Assembly (NCBI GenBank): GCA_017456895.1
Contig: JAFTIN010000014.1
Coordinates: 22,883-86,882 of the forward strand
Reading direction: 5' to 3'
DNA from: Clostridia bacterium
GTDB lineage: Bacteria > Bacillota > Clostridia > Oscillospirales > CAG-272
Length of the DNA stretch: 64,000 bases
The notes under the pieces were generated by a model. That model worked only from the letters and a program-made list of their open reading frames with translations. It searched no databases and had not been told where the DNA came from. Shown one piece after another: positions 18,297-28,100 of the stretch. The first letter of the stretch is position 1. Every line of letters starts with the position of its first letter. Made by a program: the position numbers and the translations under genes.

Positions 18297-19067
18297 TTAG
18301 TCTCCGAGGTAGGCCTTAACGACCTCGGGATCTTTCAACACCTCGGATGTCTCACCGCAGGCGAGAGTCTGACCGAAGTTCAGTACGGTGAGCTCATCAC
18401 ATATACCGGCAACGAGGCTCATATCGTGCTCTATCAAAAGTATTGTCATATCGAACTTATCCCTGACAAAGCGTATAGTTTCCATAAGCTCCGAGGTCTC
18501 CTGCGGATTCATTCCCGCGGCGGGCTCGTCGAGGAGAAGGAGCTTTGGATTGGTGGCAAGGGCTCTTGCAATCTCGAGCTTTCTCTGTTTTCCGTAAGGA
18601 AGGTTGTAGGCTAAGAGATTTCTCTCGTCGAGGAGTCCGAATATAGAGAGTATCTCCTTTGCCCTCGCGCGCATAGCCCTTTCGGTGTCGCGGTGGCGCT
18701 TAGTCCTGAATATAGAGTCTATAAAAGAGCACTTATACTTGGGGAGATTGTGAAAGCCGACCATAACGTTTCTCACCACTGTCATGTTGTTGAAAAGGCG
18801 GATATTCTGGAAGGTCCTGGCTATGCCCTTCTGATTTATCTTATCCTGGGAAAGCCCTTTAAGTTCCTCACCGTCGAGATAGAAGGTACCTCTTGTGGGC
18901 TGATACACACCCGTGAGCATATTAAATACTGTGGTTTTACCCGCTCCGTTGGGGCCTATAAGTCCGTATATCTGCTTTTTTCTGACCCTAAGCTCGACTC
19001 CGTCAACTGCGCGCAGGCCACCGAAGGAGATGCCGAGGCCTTCGGTCTTCAATACGTATTCACACAT
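18297..19067 (-). CDS. livG: Branched-chain amino acid ABC transporter ATP-binding protein
   Basis: The sequence has GPNGAGKTT, a LivG-type insertion, and LLLLDEPAAGMNP. Confidence 0.9.
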   Translation of the reverse strand: MCEYVLKTEGLGISFGGLRAVDGVELRVRKKQIYGLIGPNGAGKTTVFNMLTGVYQPTRGTFYLDGEELKGLSQDKINQKGIARTFQNIRLFNNMTVVRNVMVGFHNLPKYKCSFIDSIFRTKRHRDTERAMRARAKEILSIFGLLDERNLLAYNLPYGKQRKLEIARALATNPKLLLLDEPAAGMNPQETSELMETIRFVRDKFDMTILLIEHDMSLVAGICDELTVLNFGQTLACGETSEVLKDPEVVKAYLGD

Positions 19068-19070
19068 ATC

Positions 19071-20222
19071 TTACTCCTTCCCCTCCTTGTCCGGGTCGAT
19101 AACGCTCTCTCTGACTACAACGTCTACCGAGAGAAGCTCGTCCATTTTGATCTTTGTAGGTACTCTGTCCCACTTACCCTCGTCATCCGTATCATAGGAG
19201 ACGTCGGAGCGCTTCTTGAATATCTTATCGGTAAGAGCCCTAATGTTATACCTTTCTCTGACATACTTAAGCGCGGGAGCATTGTTGTAGATGACTATAA
19301 GCACAAGAATGAGCGCGTAAACGAGATCCTTGAGCACCGCGTTGTCACCAGTGAGCATAGTCGTCAGCTTAACGTTCAAGAATGTGATGACGGTGGCGGA
19401 GATGATGCCGCCGGTGATATTACCCATACCGCCGAGCACGACCATAACAAGTATCTCTATAGAATAGTTATAGTCAAATGCGGAGGCTGCGACCGTGGAG
19501 TTGGCAAAGGAATACATAACGCCTGCCACACCCGCGAAGGCAGCGGAAATGATGAAGGCCAAAAGCTTATATTTGGTGACGTTTATACCCGTAGCTCTTG
19601 CAGCGATCTCATTATCGCGTATAGCAGTGATCGCTCTACCGTGCTTGGATCTGATTAGATTCTGCATAACGGCAAGACATACAAGGATAAATGAGAATAT
19701 TATTATGAAGAGATAATGCTTATCAAATCTGGGAGTACGAAGTCCCATAGGACCGCCGAAGGACTCCTTAGAGGAGTTCTCAAAGGCAGTCTTCACTATC
19801 TCGCAGAATGCGAGAGTGACTATAGCGAGATAGTCGCCCTTAAGACGGAGCGCAGGAAGACCAACGATAAAGCCGAAAACCGCGGCAGTGAGGGCGCCGA
19901 CAACTACAGAGATGAGAAGAGCGAAAATACCCTCCACTCCGACGTCGGAGAGAAGCTCTGCTGTCTTGCCTCCGATATATGCGCCGATACACATAAATCC
20001 CGCATGGCCGAGCGATAACTCACCGAGGAAGCCGACAACAAGACCGAGGGAAATCGAAAGAATGATACTGATGCCTATCTTCTCAAGAAGAAAGAGGGTG
20101 GACTGCGGCAGAGAATCAGCAAGAGTAAGAACAGTAAAAACGAGAAGCACTAAGGATATGCCAATATAGTTGGTATAGCGTTTCCACTTGATGTTCTTGA
20201 ATTTTACTATGAACGCGCTCAT
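19071..20222 (-). CDS. livM: Branched-chain amino acid ABC transporter permease
   Basis: This is a polytopic membrane protein with LSLGHAGFMCIGAY, typical of LivM. It carries an acidic C-terminal extension. Confidence 0.85.
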   Translation of the reverse strand: MSAFIVKFKNIKWKRYTNYIGISLVLLVFTVLTLADSLPQSTLFLLEKIGISIILSISLGLVVGFLGELSLGHAGFMCIGAYIGGKTAELLSDVGVEGIFALLISVVVGALTAAVFGFIVGLPALRLKGDYLAIVTLAFCEIVKTAFENSSKESFGGPMGLRTPRFDKHYLFIIIFSFILVCLAVMQNLIRSKHGRAITAIRDNEIAARATGINVTKYKLLAFIISAAFAGVAGVMYSFANSTVAASAFDYNYSIEILVMVVLGGMGNITGGIISATVITFLNVKLTTMLTGDNAVLKDLVYALILVLIVIYNNAPALKYVRERYNIRALTDKIFKKRSDVSYDTDDEGKWDRVPTKIKMDELLSVDVVVRESVIDPDKEGKE

Positions 20223-21115
20223 TATACCTTCTCCCTTCTCTTCTTACCGAGGATACCCGTAGGCTTTACGATAAGTATGATAATAAGTATAGCAAACTCT
20301 ATCGCGTTGGTATAGGGGGCGAGAGTGGGAACAGAGTTTGAGAAGCACTCGACAACGCCAAGAAGAATACCGCCGAGCATAGCACCCGGGATGGAGCCTA
20401 TACCTCCGATGACGGCAGCGGTAAAAGCCTTGATTCCGGGTAATGAGCCAAAGGTCGGCTTAATGAACGGAACGTTCATAAGACTGAAAAGTCCGGCAAG
20501 AGCAGCTAATGACGAGCCGATGATGAAGGTAATGCTGATTATGAAGTTTATATTTACACCCATAAGCTGTGCGGCCTCTCTGTCCTCCGAGACGGCAAGC
20601 ATGGCGCGTCCGGTCTTCGTTAACTTGACGAAGAGAGTGAGAGCAAGCATCACGATAACGGTCGAGATAAGAGTAATGAGTGTGCTATAGGAAACGGTGA
20701 GCTCTCCGAGAGAGAGCGAGCCAAGATCCGGGAACTGCACAAACTTTGCAGCGGAGCCAAAGAATACCTGAGCAAGACTCTGCAAAAATGAGCTGACGCC
20801 TATTGCGGTGATAAGCACGGCAAGAGGTGAAGCGCCGCGGAGGGGCTTGTACGCCAGCTTCTCTACTCCGAAGCCGAGAAGGGCGCAGATGATAACTGCC
20901 ATTAAAACGGCAAAAAGGAGCGATACCCACGGGGGCAACGTTCCAAAAGAAGTAGCGGCAAATACAAAAATTGAGTATCCACCTACCATAATTATATCTC
21001 CGTGCGCAAAATTCAGCATCTTGGCAATACCGTATACCATCGTGTATCCAAGAGCTATCATAGCGTAGATACCACCCAGGCTGACGCCGTTTATGAGTGT
21101 AAGTAAAAATTCCAT
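20222..21115 (-). CDS. livH: Branched-chain amino acid ABC transporter permease
   Basis: GGIYAMIALGYTMVYGIAKMLNFAHGD is typical of LivH. Its stop overlaps the livM start. Confidence 0.9.
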   Translation of the reverse strand: MEFLLTLINGVSLGGIYAMIALGYTMVYGIAKMLNFAHGDIIMVGGYSIFVFAATSFGTLPPWVSLLFAVLMAVIICALLGFGVEKLAYKPLRGASPLAVLITAIGVSSFLQSLAQVFFGSAAKFVQFPDLGSLSLGELTVSYSTLITLISTVIVMLALTLFVKLTKTGRAMLAVSEDREAAQLMGVNINFIISITFIIGSSLAALAGLFSLMNVPFIKPTFGSLPGIKAFTAAVIGGIGSIPGAMLGGILLGVVECFSNSVPTLAPYTNAIEFAILIIILIVKPTGILGKKRREKV

Positions 21116-21169
21116 ACTTTGTCCTTTTCAAAAGGTTTTTTGCCCTTTTTCTCGGGCTCTAAAATCGCG

Positions 21170-21210
21170 GTTTAGGGGCTATGCTCAAGAAATTTGAGAA
21201 GCCCCTAAAC
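21170..21210 (-). promoter_or_regulatory. Intercistronic hairpin between livJ and livH, possibly a partial terminator or mRNA stabiliser
   Basis: An 11-bp stem (gtttaggggct/agcccctaaac) encloses an inner 5-bp stem. On the minus strand it is followed by cgcgatttt. Confidence 0.5.
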
Positions 21211-21262
21211 GCATTTTCTAAATCTTTAGGCGTATTTATGACACCTATATTTTACATTTTAA

Positions 21263-22483
21263 TTAGTTTGCAGGTTTTACAACATATTTGTCTGCCTGCT
21301 TGTTGACGAATCCGCTATCATCCCAAGAGATGTCGGACTTGTTATTGCCCTCACACTTACCGGTGATGCCGTGGAAGACAAAGGAATCGCTGTTGAATAC
21401 CTCGGTGAGGATGTCACAATAGTCGGAGGGAGAGGTAGACTCGTCAAATTCCTTGCCAAGATTTTCCTTTGCAAACTTGAGAGCCTCGAAGATAGCGTAT
21501 ACACAGTCATAAGCTGCAGCACCGAACTGGTTTACAGGCTCCTTATCAGAATCGTAGGTCGCGTTGTACTTCTGAACGAAGTCGTAGGCGGGACCGCTTT
21601 CTGCCTTAGAGTTGAAATGAGAAAGGAAGGAAACCTCCTGCGGGATAGCCATAAACTCATCCCAGGTACCGAACTCAGCCTCTACACCGTCAAGACCGTC
21701 ACAGCCGTAGTAGATGGCGCTGTTTGAAATTACGCCGACACCCTTCTTCATAAAGGCTGCAGCAGGCTCTGTATAGATAGGAAGGAAGATAACCTCACAA
21801 TCCTTAAGCATATTTACCTGTGTGCTGAAGTCGAGGCCGTCACCTGTGAAGGTAGCAGTCTCAACGCCTGCGCTCTTAAAGCTCTGATCAAGGGAAGCAA
21901 TGAACTTCTCATAGATACCGGAGGAATACTCGTCGTCTGCCTTGTAGAAAACTCCGACCTTTTTACCCTGGTAGTTAGCGTTAAAGTACTGTGCGGAAGC
22001 AGTACCCTGGTTGGAATCCGCAAAGCACATCTGGTACGCGTTGGAATACTCAACTATATCATCACCCGTCGCCGATGGGGTGAGTACAAATACGTTGTCA
22101 TCCTTGGAGAGCTCCTTGAACTCAAGACCCGGAGCGGTGGTAACTGTACCGAGGGATATCTGCATACCGTCCTCATACATCGCGGAATAGGTGGTAGTTA
22201 CGTTTTCCTTCTTATGCTCGTCATCAAGAGCGAGAAGCTCAAACTTCATACCGTAGAGACCGCCTGCCGCGTTGATCTCGTCAATAGCCATCTTGGCGGA
22301 GTTCTTAACTGCGATACCGTATTTTGCAGCTCCGCCGGTCAGAGGACCGGAAACACCGATCTTTATAGTCTCGTTATCCTTTGCGTAATTTTTCTTTCCG
22401 CAGCTCGCGAGAGCGAACATGCTGCCGACGGTCAAAGCCGCCGCCAAAGTGAATGATACAACTTTCTTAAATACGTTTTTCAT
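21263..22483 (-). CDS. livJ: Branched-chain amino acid ABC transporter substrate-binding lipoprotein
   Basis: It has a signal peptide with a lipobox (FALASCG). The fold is type-I periplasmic-binding-protein-like (IKIGVSGPLTGGAAKYG). Confidence 0.85.
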   Translation of the reverse strand: MKNVFKKVVSFTLAAALTVGSMFALASCGKKNYAKDNETIKIGVSGPLTGGAAKYGIAVKNSAKMAIDEINAAGGLYGMKFELLALDDEHKKENVTTTYSAMYEDGMQISLGTVTTAPGLEFKELSKDDNVFVLTPSATGDDIVEYSNAYQMCFADSNQGTASAQYFNANYQGKKVGVFYKADDEYSSGIYEKFIASLDQSFKSAGVETATFTGDGLDFSTQVNMLKDCEVIFLPIYTEPAAAFMKKGVGVISNSAIYYGCDGLDGVEAEFGTWDEFMAIPQEVSFLSHFNSKAESGPAYDFVQKYNATYDSDKEPVNQFGAAAYDCVYAIFEALKFAKENLGKEFDESTSPSDYCDILTEVFNSDSFVFHGITGKCEGNNKSDISWDDSGFVNKQADKYVVKPAN

Positions 22484-22551
22484 TTTTTATACCTCTGTTA
22501 AGTTTATTCAGATTCGAGCTGTTCTTCGGCACAGTCGGTCAGCCTACGGCT

Positions 22552-22592
22552 GAAAACAGAAAAGCAACCTACCCTATACAGGATAAGTTGCT
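22552..22592 (-). terminator. Leader terminator T2, about 80 nt upstream of the livJ start
   Basis: Minus-strand RNA reads agcaacttatcc-tgtata-gggtaggttgct (12 bp including 2 G-U pairs), followed by tttctgtttt. Confidence 0.65.
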
Positions 22593-22680
22593 AAATAATT
22601 CGAAAGCTTGTTAGTAAAAGCATTAGCAATATTCCCGTATGGTATATTTGTTATTTTTAATTATGTCCAGAATTAAAACA

Positions 22681-22712
22681 TAAAAAGCAGACATCACTCG
22701 GCGGACGTCTGC
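22681..22712 (-). terminator. Leader terminator T1, about 120-150 nt downstream of the liv promoter
   Basis: Minus-strand RNA reads gcagacgtc-cgccgagt-gatgtctgc, followed by ttttta. Confidence 0.55.
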
Positions 22713-22839
22713 ATGTAGCTTAATTATGAGAGAAAAGGCACCAGAAAAGTGATGTCCGGTGGACATCATCGCGTTATAGCCGTAAGAATTTGCCATAGCC
22801 TGCATAGTGCTTTTCCCTTCTGTAAACTAAGATGCTCCT

Positions 22840-22868
22840 ATTATACAACATTAATACCCTTTTGTCAA
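22840..22868 (-). promoter_or_regulatory. Consensus SigA-type promoter driving the livJ leader
   Basis: On the minus strand: TTGACA, 17-nt spacer, TATAAT (perfect hexamers). Confidence 0.7.
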
Positions 22869-22991
22869 TGCTTTTGGTTATTACATTTTTTCATACCCTA
22901 ACGCTAAATTTAAATAGGTAGTTACTATATGTATAGGATAAATAGTGATATATAGTATACCTACAGTATCTCTCTTCCCTTTTGCATATAA

Positions 22992-23021
22992 AGAAGGCGC
23001 ATGGTTGCCCACACGCCTTCT
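22992..23021. terminator. Hairpin at the end of the seven-gene transporter operon, with A-run and T-run flanks (bidirectional type)
   Basis: The stem is agaaggcg/cgccttct with a 14-nt loop. The plus strand continues gttttttta; the minus strand continues ttatatg. Confidence 0.5.
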
Positions 23022-23139
23022 GTTTTTTTATTTTGTCCTGTCCGTTAGATGTTAATTTTGAGGGGAAAGGGACGTTGTTTTGACCGAGGTCGTATACACA
23101 TACGACGAGCCCTCCAAAAAACGGCACTTTACACCAAAA

Positions 23140-24213
23140 TTAACCAACGAGACCGGAACGCTCAATACCCTGTACGAGATACTTCTGGCAGAAGAGATAC
23201 AAGATAATGAGAGGCATAATAATCATCATACCGCCGGTATTCTGAATTACATTGTAGTAGATATTTGATCCTGCCATATTATCCTTAGCAAGAATGTTAG
23301 GAATGTTCTGATATACGTCAGGCATCATATAAACCTTGTTTGCACTACCGAACTTGGCGGGGAGGAATACGCTCGCATAGAACTCATCGGTCCACTGCCA
23401 GGAGAAGGCAAAGAGGAATATAGTGATCATCATCGGAACAGAGAGAGGCAGAATGATCTGGAAGAAGGTACGGAATACACCCGATCCGTCAACATATGCA
23501 GACTCCTCAAGCTCGTCAGGAACGCCCTTGAAGAACTGACGCATAAGGTAGATGTAAAGACCGTTCTTAAATGCAAGACCGCCAATCGACATAATAATGT
23601 AGGGCACGAAGGTATTGGTAAGTGAAAGGGTGTGTCCGAGAATAAGCTGGAACAATCCCTTGTTACCCCAGGTGATAACGTTAAAGATGTCGAACTGAGC
23701 AAAGTGCATCTTCATAGAAAGGCTGAGCGCGTTATGAGGAACTATCATCGTAAAGATGACAAGAGCCATAACGATCTTGTTTCCCTTGAACTTAAACTTT
23801 GCGACACCGTAGCCGATGCAACAGGAGATAATTGTCTGAATGATCGCAACGATAAGCGAGAGTAAAACGGTGTTGAGGAGAGCCTCAAAGTAATGGTTCT
23901 CTGCTATTATCGCCTTGTATATCTCAATGGTGGGATTCTTGGGTATGATCGCTACCGTAGAGTCGATAACGTCCTCATATGTCATGAAGGAACCGGCAAT
24001 TCTCGCAATGAAGGGATATATGATTACGAATGAGATGCCAAGCATGAGGATGAAGCGAAGAACGTTTACACCTGCCTTGATCCAAGTGTTGGACTCCTTG
24101 AGCTTTCTTAAAAGTCTTTCCTTAACGGTAAGCTTACCCTCGTAGTCAACGCTCAGCTTGTTTTTGGTCTCTTTGGTAATTACAGGAGTACTGCTGTTAT
24201 TAGTCATTTCCAT
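23140..24213 (-). CDS. Carbohydrate-type ABC transporter permease (MalG-like), second pair
   Basis: It has six or more TM segments and an EAA loop (EESAYVDGSGVFRTFFQIILPLSVP). The ATG at 24213 lies 7 nt after aaggagg; the track's extension overlaps the upstream gene. Confidence 0.8.
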   Translation of the reverse strand: MEMTNNSSTPVITKETKNKLSVDYEGKLTVKERLLRKLKESNTWIKAGVNVLRFILMLGISFVIIYPFIARIAGSFMTYEDVIDSTVAIIPKNPTIEIYKAIIAENHYFEALLNTVLLSLIVAIIQTIISCCIGYGVAKFKFKGNKIVMALVIFTMIVPHNALSLSMKMHFAQFDIFNVITWGNKGLFQLILGHTLSLTNTFVPYIIMSIGGLAFKNGLYIYLMRQFFKGVPDELEESAYVDGSGVFRTFFQIILPLSVPMMITIFLFAFSWQWTDEFYASVFLPAKFGSANKVYMMPDVYQNIPNILAKDNMAGSNIYYNVIQNTGGMMIIMPLIILYLFCQKYLVQGIERSGLVG

Positions 24214-24224
24214 ATCGCACCTCC

Positions 24225-25151
24225 TTAATCCCTTCTCTGGTAGAAGATGAAGGTCGAAGCCACACCTGCTACCACCGCAATAATAAGTATTACGGATATG
24301 AAGTAAATCCAATACATCGCCGACGACTGGCCGTAATCACTGACATTCTTTATATAGCTCATCGTAATGTTCGAGGATCTGGTAAAGGAGTCAATGATAG
24401 TGTACACGGCGTTAACAAGGATCATGGGAGAGATCATCGGGAAGGTGATCTTCCAGAAGGTCTCCCAGCCCGTAGCACCGTCGATGCGGCAAGCCTCGTA
24501 GATGGAGTCGGAGATCGACTGAAGACCTGCCAGGAATATAAGCATCTGTACACCGGAGTAGTTTATGATGTTGTAAATATCGTTTACGAGATTAACTACG
24601 TAGGTAACAAGTTCGCCACCTATAGCCATCTCACGGAAAAGGTTCTCGACCTGCATTATGTTGATAATACCGCCGTTTGCACCTGAGCCGTCGTCGATAC
24701 CTCCGCTCATCTGACTGGATGCAATATCACTACCGTTTATGGAATCCATAAGACCGGTGGAAATAATAACGGGGACGAAGAAGATGGCTCTGAATGCCGC
24801 ACGACCAAGCATCTTCTGGTTAAGAACGACCGCTATGAAGAGCGAGAAGATGATGACCGCGGGAACCTCAAAGATAAGTTGCTGAAGTCCTGATAAAAGC
24901 TTTCCAACGAAATCGGGAGATCCGGTAAATGCAAACTTGTAGTACTCAAGGCCCTTGAATACGTACACATAGTTACCCTGACCTGCGGACTCGGAGGCAA
25001 AGAAGCTGAACCAGAGAGAGTCGATAAGGATAGGAAGATAGATAAGCACGATACCAACGAGGAACGGAAGCACGAAGACGTAGCCCGCTCTCGCCTTTCT
25101 CTTCTCCAGGGACGCCGGACGACGCGGTTTAATTTTTAACGTTTTTTCCAT
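24225..25151 (-). CDS. Carbohydrate-type ABC transporter permease (MalF-like), second pair
   Basis: This is a polytopic protein with an EAA loop (YEACRIDGATGWETFWKITFPMISP). Confidence 0.8.
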   Translation of the reverse strand: MEKTLKIKPRRPASLEKRKARAGYVFVLPFLVGIVLIYLPILIDSLWFSFFASESAGQGNYVYVFKGLEYYKFAFTGSPDFVGKLLSGLQQLIFEVPAVIIFSLFIAVVLNQKMLGRAAFRAIFFVPVIISTGLMDSINGSDIASSQMSGGIDDGSGANGGIINIMQVENLFREMAIGGELVTYVVNLVNDIYNIINYSGVQMLIFLAGLQSISDSIYEACRIDGATGWETFWKITFPMISPMILVNAVYTIIDSFTRSSNITMSYIKNVSDYGQSSAMYWIYFISVILIIAVVAGVASTFIFYQRRD

Positions 25152-25161
25152 ATGTCCCTCC

Positions 25162-28100
25162 TTATCCGTCTATTCTCGCGAAGCTGTACTTGTCAATAAC
25201 CAGGGGTTCCTGGCCGTCCTCAAGAATAACCTCGACGGAATAAATATTATAATTGAGAATGAAGGAGCGTGTCCTGCCATCCTCGTGTGCGTAAGTAACC
25301 ATAACGATGAGATCGTTATCTACTGTGTAATCGGTGTGCTCGTAATTATCGTCACGAGCTGTAGAGCCTGTAACATAATGGTACTGACTCTCGTACTCAA
25401 CGGTATCAATGTGTACAGGAACAATGTTCTCGGTAGCAACACCCGTTATGTCATATTCTCTCTCAAACTCTGCAAGAGTGTTGACAAGAGACTGTCTGAA
25501 GCTCTCGGGGAGAGTCTCGCTGTTATCAAGCTCGAACATATCGTGTGCGTCACTTACAAGCGCGTCGATATCAGCACTAACACCGATTCTCTTTTCATAG
25601 CCTGCGCCGCTCTCTCGAAGAGCCCTAATAGCCTCATCGATCTCATTTTCAAGCTTCTCACGGAACATAGCAACAAACTCTGCCTTGAGTGCCTCAAGGT
25701 TTGCAGTCTGCTCGCTCTCATCTATAACTCTCTCACCCACGAGAATCTCGTGATTGATGATCTTGAAGTCTTGGATATCGCCGAGCTGAGCGTTGATAAG
25801 AGCATACTTTTCAACGATGTCGTCGAACCAGTTCTCATAACTTACCGAGTAGAACTTATTGAACTCCTCATCGTCTTTCATAATATCAGTGTTCTGATAA
25901 CCGATAACGTAGTAAATGGATGCGCCGTTCTCAATAGAGCGAAGAAGATCGTAGTCGGGAGATCCGGAATAGTTAAGTGCCGAGCCGGCATAGTTAACAT
26001 ATCCGTGAAGCACCATACCAACGAAGGGGATAGTGTAAGAGGAATATCTGTAATAGCTCGAGTCGGTGCATATGTTAAGAATGTGATCTGCATACTTGAC
26101 TGCGTAGATATTACCCTGCTCGATCATGACGCTATAGTTGCTCTCGTTAGCAATTCTGTCAAGAAGCGCGGTAACGTAGCCCTGAGCATCGTCACGGGAA
26201 ACGGGATTATCCTCGTCGAAGTTGGAGTTGAGATCCGATCCCAGGGTGGATACGGAAATTCCCTTAGCGTCGTAATTGTCGTACTTTCTGATAAACTTAT
26301 CATAGAGTCTATCGAGAGCATCGGCAGAAACGATCATAGCATAGATAGTGTCAAACTCACCGGTAACACTGCTGTATACCTGCTTGGAAGCGTAACGGTT
26401 GTCAACCATGCGAGAAACGGTATTACGCTTGCCCACTCCGTCAAAGAGCGCAGTGTTATTGATGTACTGGAAGTCAAAGTCGGGATAGATACCGAGATTC
26501 GAATCAGCGTCGGTATACTCGTCAGCTATTTCAAGAAGCTCCTTGAATCCGCGCTTGCCGCCAACAACTCTCTCCCACTTAACCTTGGAGGGATATGTGA
26601 AGTAAAGACCGCCATTTGAGAATCCTGTAAGCTTAAAGTTTACATTATCGATGTTTACTACCTGTCCAGACAGGCGCCTGTAATCATCCGCCATCTGCTC
26701 ATATGATGCCTTGAGCTCAAGATTATCGTCCTCAGCGGCCGCGAGAGCATCGTATTCATCGGCCTTCTCCAGAAGTATTTCCTTAGCTCTGCCAAGCTCC
26801 TCGTAAATAGTGACAACATCCTCGAAGGTTGTGATTGCCTTAGAGATATTCACGGGGAAGGTAAGTATCTTCTCTACTACCTCAAGAGATCCGAGAGCCT
26901 CAAGGTAAAGAGGAATATCATTGCCTACGTTCTCAAGCGCCTTGAGAGTACCGTTATTAACAAGGTAGTCGCGGTAGTAATCCGCCATACCTATGTAAGA
27001 AGCATCATAGTTCTTTACTCCCTGAGTAACGGTGTCGGTAAGCATCACGTATCTTGTTACGTAGGATCCGGTGTACTTGGACTCGGAAACTATAGAGTAG
27101 AACTGTGCGCCACCTACCGAAATAGTCTCGGAGAGGTCAAACTTATCCGTGGGATAGGGTGTGAACGTTGTATAAATTGAGCCGTCACGGAAGGTATTGC
27201 TCCTGTATCTGACGTTCATAGATGCCATCGCTGCACCCTCCTCGAGGATAGCAAAGTATCCGAAGCCAACATTATTACCTTTCGCATCCTTATCGGTCGC
27301 GATACCGTATACAGGCATTGTGAGAGGCTGCTTGTGAGCGCCGGTGATCTCGGAGTAGCAGAAATCGTTTCCAAAGATGGAAAGCGAGGAGGACATCGCA
27401 ATATTACTGTTTCTGAAATCCTCGAACTGGATTATAGATCCGCTTCCGTCAGGAAGGAAAATGTAACCGTCGCCGGAGAAATCAGCAGCACCGAAGTACT
27501 GAAGAGGAGTAATGCTCTTGAGAATGTACTCGGTCTCGTCGAATACGATAGAGTTTGCAGGAAGTCTTACGGAAAGAGAGCTGTCCTCGTTGAAGGTGTA
27601 TTCAAGAGAGCATCTGAATACGGGCTTAGACTCATACTTGTGCTCGTATCTGCAGAACTTCTCATCCTCATACATCATCTCAAAGGTGTAGTTGGGACAG
27701 TAGGTCTTAACCTGCTTTGCCCTAACGGCCATCTGAGAGTAATCGGTGTTCTTTACCTTATATACCGAGTAGCCCTCGAGAGTGATCTCGGGAGTAGAGC
27801 CCTCATTATAGACGAAGGATGAATGAGAGGGATTATAGGGCTGATAAGCATTGAATACCGAGTTGATGGCGTTCATTATAGCCTCAACCTCGTTAATCTT
27901 AGCTCTCTCTTCGGTAGATACCTTTCCTCCAACCTTTACGTCGAGCTCGTACTCATAGATCTTATCGGATACCACGGTGGAGAACTTTCTTATCGAGTTA
28001 GTATGGAGGAATCTCTCACCGTACACAGTCTCCTCGTCATAATATCTACCCTTCTCGTCGTAGTAATTAACGGCATAGGAGTCGCCGAAGTTCTCCTTCA

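Noticed and set aside
22623-22805. A 60-aa ORF in the liv leader considered as an ordinary protein-coding gene.
   Set aside because: It runs straight through an intrinsic terminator and an AT-rich spacer, and its SD is only weak. I kept it only as a speculative leader-peptide idea within the liv-leader finding.
22484-22868. A T-box or other known riboswitch upstream of livJ.
   Set aside because: I looked for the T-box core (GGTGGTACCGCG-like) and for cores of common riboswitches and found none. Only generic alternative hairpins are visible. An Infernal scan is needed to settle this.
25285-26619. A 444-aa plus-strand ORF antisense to the 1,182-aa gene. Similar long antisense ORFs occur at 58707..60263 (518 aa), 18693..19658 (321 aa), 35526..36431 and 32757..33527.
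   Set aside because: These ORFs lie fully inside well-supported genes on the opposite strand. Their translations are low-complexity and rich in V, I, L, G and R, and they lack SD sequences. They are the expected by-product of strong G/C-ending codon bias, which depletes stop codons in the antisense frame.
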